From: Vulcanimicrobiota bacterium
GTDB lineage: Bacteria > Vulcanimicrobiota > Vulcanimicrobiia > Vulcanimicrobiales > Vulcanimicrobiaceae
DNA length: 16,270 nucleotides
Assembly: GCA_003133025.1 (NCBI GenBank)
Contig: PKZK01000230.1
Coordinates: 1 to 16,270, forward strand
Reading direction: 5' to 3'
Shown: positions 15,027 through 16,270 of the stretch, in pieces
Layout of the letters: each line of letters begins with the position of its first letter
How positions within the stretch are numbered: position 1 is the stretch's first letter
Position numbers and translations under genes: made by a program
The notes under the pieces: model-generated
The model's input: only the letters and a program-made list of their open reading frames with translations
What the model was told of the DNA's origin: nothing
Databases searched by the model: none

Positions 15027-16270
15027 CTAACGGGGGCTCCCGCCCTCCACCAGCAGCGACATGGGGTGGGTCGAGAGAATCAGCGGCGGCCGCGCCGGCT
15101 GATTGAAATCGAAGTCGTCGAGAATGTTGCCCAACTGGGTCGACTCGTCGCGGCAATCCGGCCGCGGATCGGAGCGGCCGGTTTGGCAGATGCTCTCGCC
15201 GCCGGCGAACGTGTCTTCGACGAGCTTGAGGAACGAGTCGCTGGTCAGGATCTGATGGTCGATCGTTCCCGCGACGGCGTAGGGACTGATCAGGAGGGCG
15301 GGCACGCGCAGGCCCGGTCCGTCGGCGTCGAGCTTGAACGGCGGCGGCTCGTGGTCGTAGAAGCCGCCCATGTCGTCCCACACGACGACGATCGCCGAGC
15401 TGCTCCAATCGGGTCCGCCCTCGACGGCGTTGACCACGCTGGTCACGAACGCTTGCCCCTTGGCCACCGATGCTTGCGGGTGGTCGCTATCTTCGTAGTT
15501 GGGAATCACCCACGAGACCTGGGGTAGCGTGCCCGCTGCCGCCTGGCTCTCGAAATCGGCGACGGTGGAACCGACGGCGTTTGCGTACTGGCCGTCGTCG
15601 TTGACCGTCTCGAAGCCGCCGAGCGGAATCCAGATGCCTTGCACCTTATTCGAGGGCGCTCCGATGGCGCTGCCCAGGCCACCGTCGAGATAGGCCGACC
15701 ACGTGATGCCGTTCTGGTAGAGCAGATAGGTGATGTCGGTCCAGAGGTACGGGATTTTGCCCGGCACCCATTGCTTGCCGTTGAGATTGCTCGAACAACT
15801 GCCGATCTCGGGCGGATCGATCTTCGTGCACTGCGCCGACCATCCCGAGAAGAGCGCCAGATGCGAGGGCAGGCTCCACGATTCGGCCGACTCGTAGAGG
15901 TGATCGAAAAGCACGTAGTTCTTGGCGTAGGCCCAGTAGTTCGGCAGGTCGGTACCGTCGTGATACCCCATGACGTCGACGATGCAGTGATCGTTGACGC
16001 GTACGCCCTCGTCGTCCATGGGCGCGGCGACGATGCGCCGGGGATCGACGCGCCCGTTCTTCGGCGCGCATTGCGGCCCCAGGGCCTGCTCGCGCTGGAT
16101 CACGTAGCCGTCCATCTTGCCGCCGTCGATGTCGGCGACCTGATACTTGTTCACGTACGGTCCGCCGAAATTCGAGGCTGCGTGATTGGGATACGGCGTG
16201 AAGCATTGGCTCGGATACCACTTGCTGGGCAGACACGGTGCGGCGCTCGGGATGCCGTCGGCGCCGGGGT
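15027..16270 (-). CDS. Phosphoesterase, paralog D (5' end beyond the right edge)
   Basis: Frame continues to the edge as PGADGIPSAAPCLPSKWYPSQCFTPYPNH; DVMGYHDGTDLPNYWAYA, SDHP, VWDDMGGFYDHEPPP, GLRVP. Confidence 0.92.
   Translation of the reverse strand, partial: PGADGIPSAAPCLPSKWYPSQCFTPYPNHAASNFGGPYVNKYQVADIDGGKMDGYVIQREQALGPQCAPKNGRVDPRRIVAAPMDDEGVRVNDHCIVDVMGYHDGTDLPNYWAYAKNYVLFDHLYESAESWSLPSHLALFSGWSAQCTKIDPPEIGSCSSNLNGKQWVPGKIPYLWTDITYLLYQNGITWSAYLDGGLGSAIGAPSNKVQGIWIPLGGFETVNDDGQYANAVGSTVADFESQAAAGTLPQVSWVIPNYEDSDHPQASVAKGQAFVTSVVNAVEGGPDWSSSAIVVVWDDMGGFYDHEPPPFKLDADGPGLRVPALLISPYAVAGTIDHQILTSDSFLKLVEDTFAGGESICQTGRSDPRPDCRDESTQLGNILDDFDFNQPARPPLILSTHPMSLLVEGGSPR

Noticed and set aside
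2478..16236. Many long antisense or alternate-frame ORFs (e.g. 2478-3440, 7024-8199, 7073-8527, 12067-13332, 13973-15106)
   Set aside because: Arg/Ala-rich with no motifs, and overlapping recognised genes; expected when stop codons are scarce.
10001..16270. Diversity-generating retroelement or other repeat-based diversification in the paralog array
   Set aside because: No reverse transcriptase in the window and no template/variable pair differing only at adenines; similarity reflects ordinary paralogy.

Overview
High-GC bacterial chromosomal segment. The main feature is a split SOS mutagenesis (mutasome) cassette. imuA-imuB (9437-7225, minus) and dnaE2 (1782 to the left edge, minus; missing from the ORF track because it runs off the window) lie about 5.4 kb apart. 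Each has its own near-identical promoter: a -35/-10 pair with a perfect ATCGAAC-N4-GTTCGAT LexA box filling the spacer, apparently giving leaderless mRNAs. The genes between them encode an SDR, two paralogous DUF4397-like lipoproteins, a predicted ATPase, an aldo/keto reductase and an unknown secreted protein. DnaE2 carries a long low-complexity insertion surrounded by a strand-asymmetric shift in synonymous codon use. The right half has a Pat/ArsN-like GNAT whose only candidate start codons lie within the imuA promoter/LexA box. It also has a tandem array of at least four phosphoesterase (PLC/AcpA-family) paralogs, interrupted by a 3-methyladenine glycosylase (tag) that appears to start at ATC. 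No rRNA, tRNA, CRISPR array or transposase was seen. All family calls come from motif recognition by eye, not database searches.
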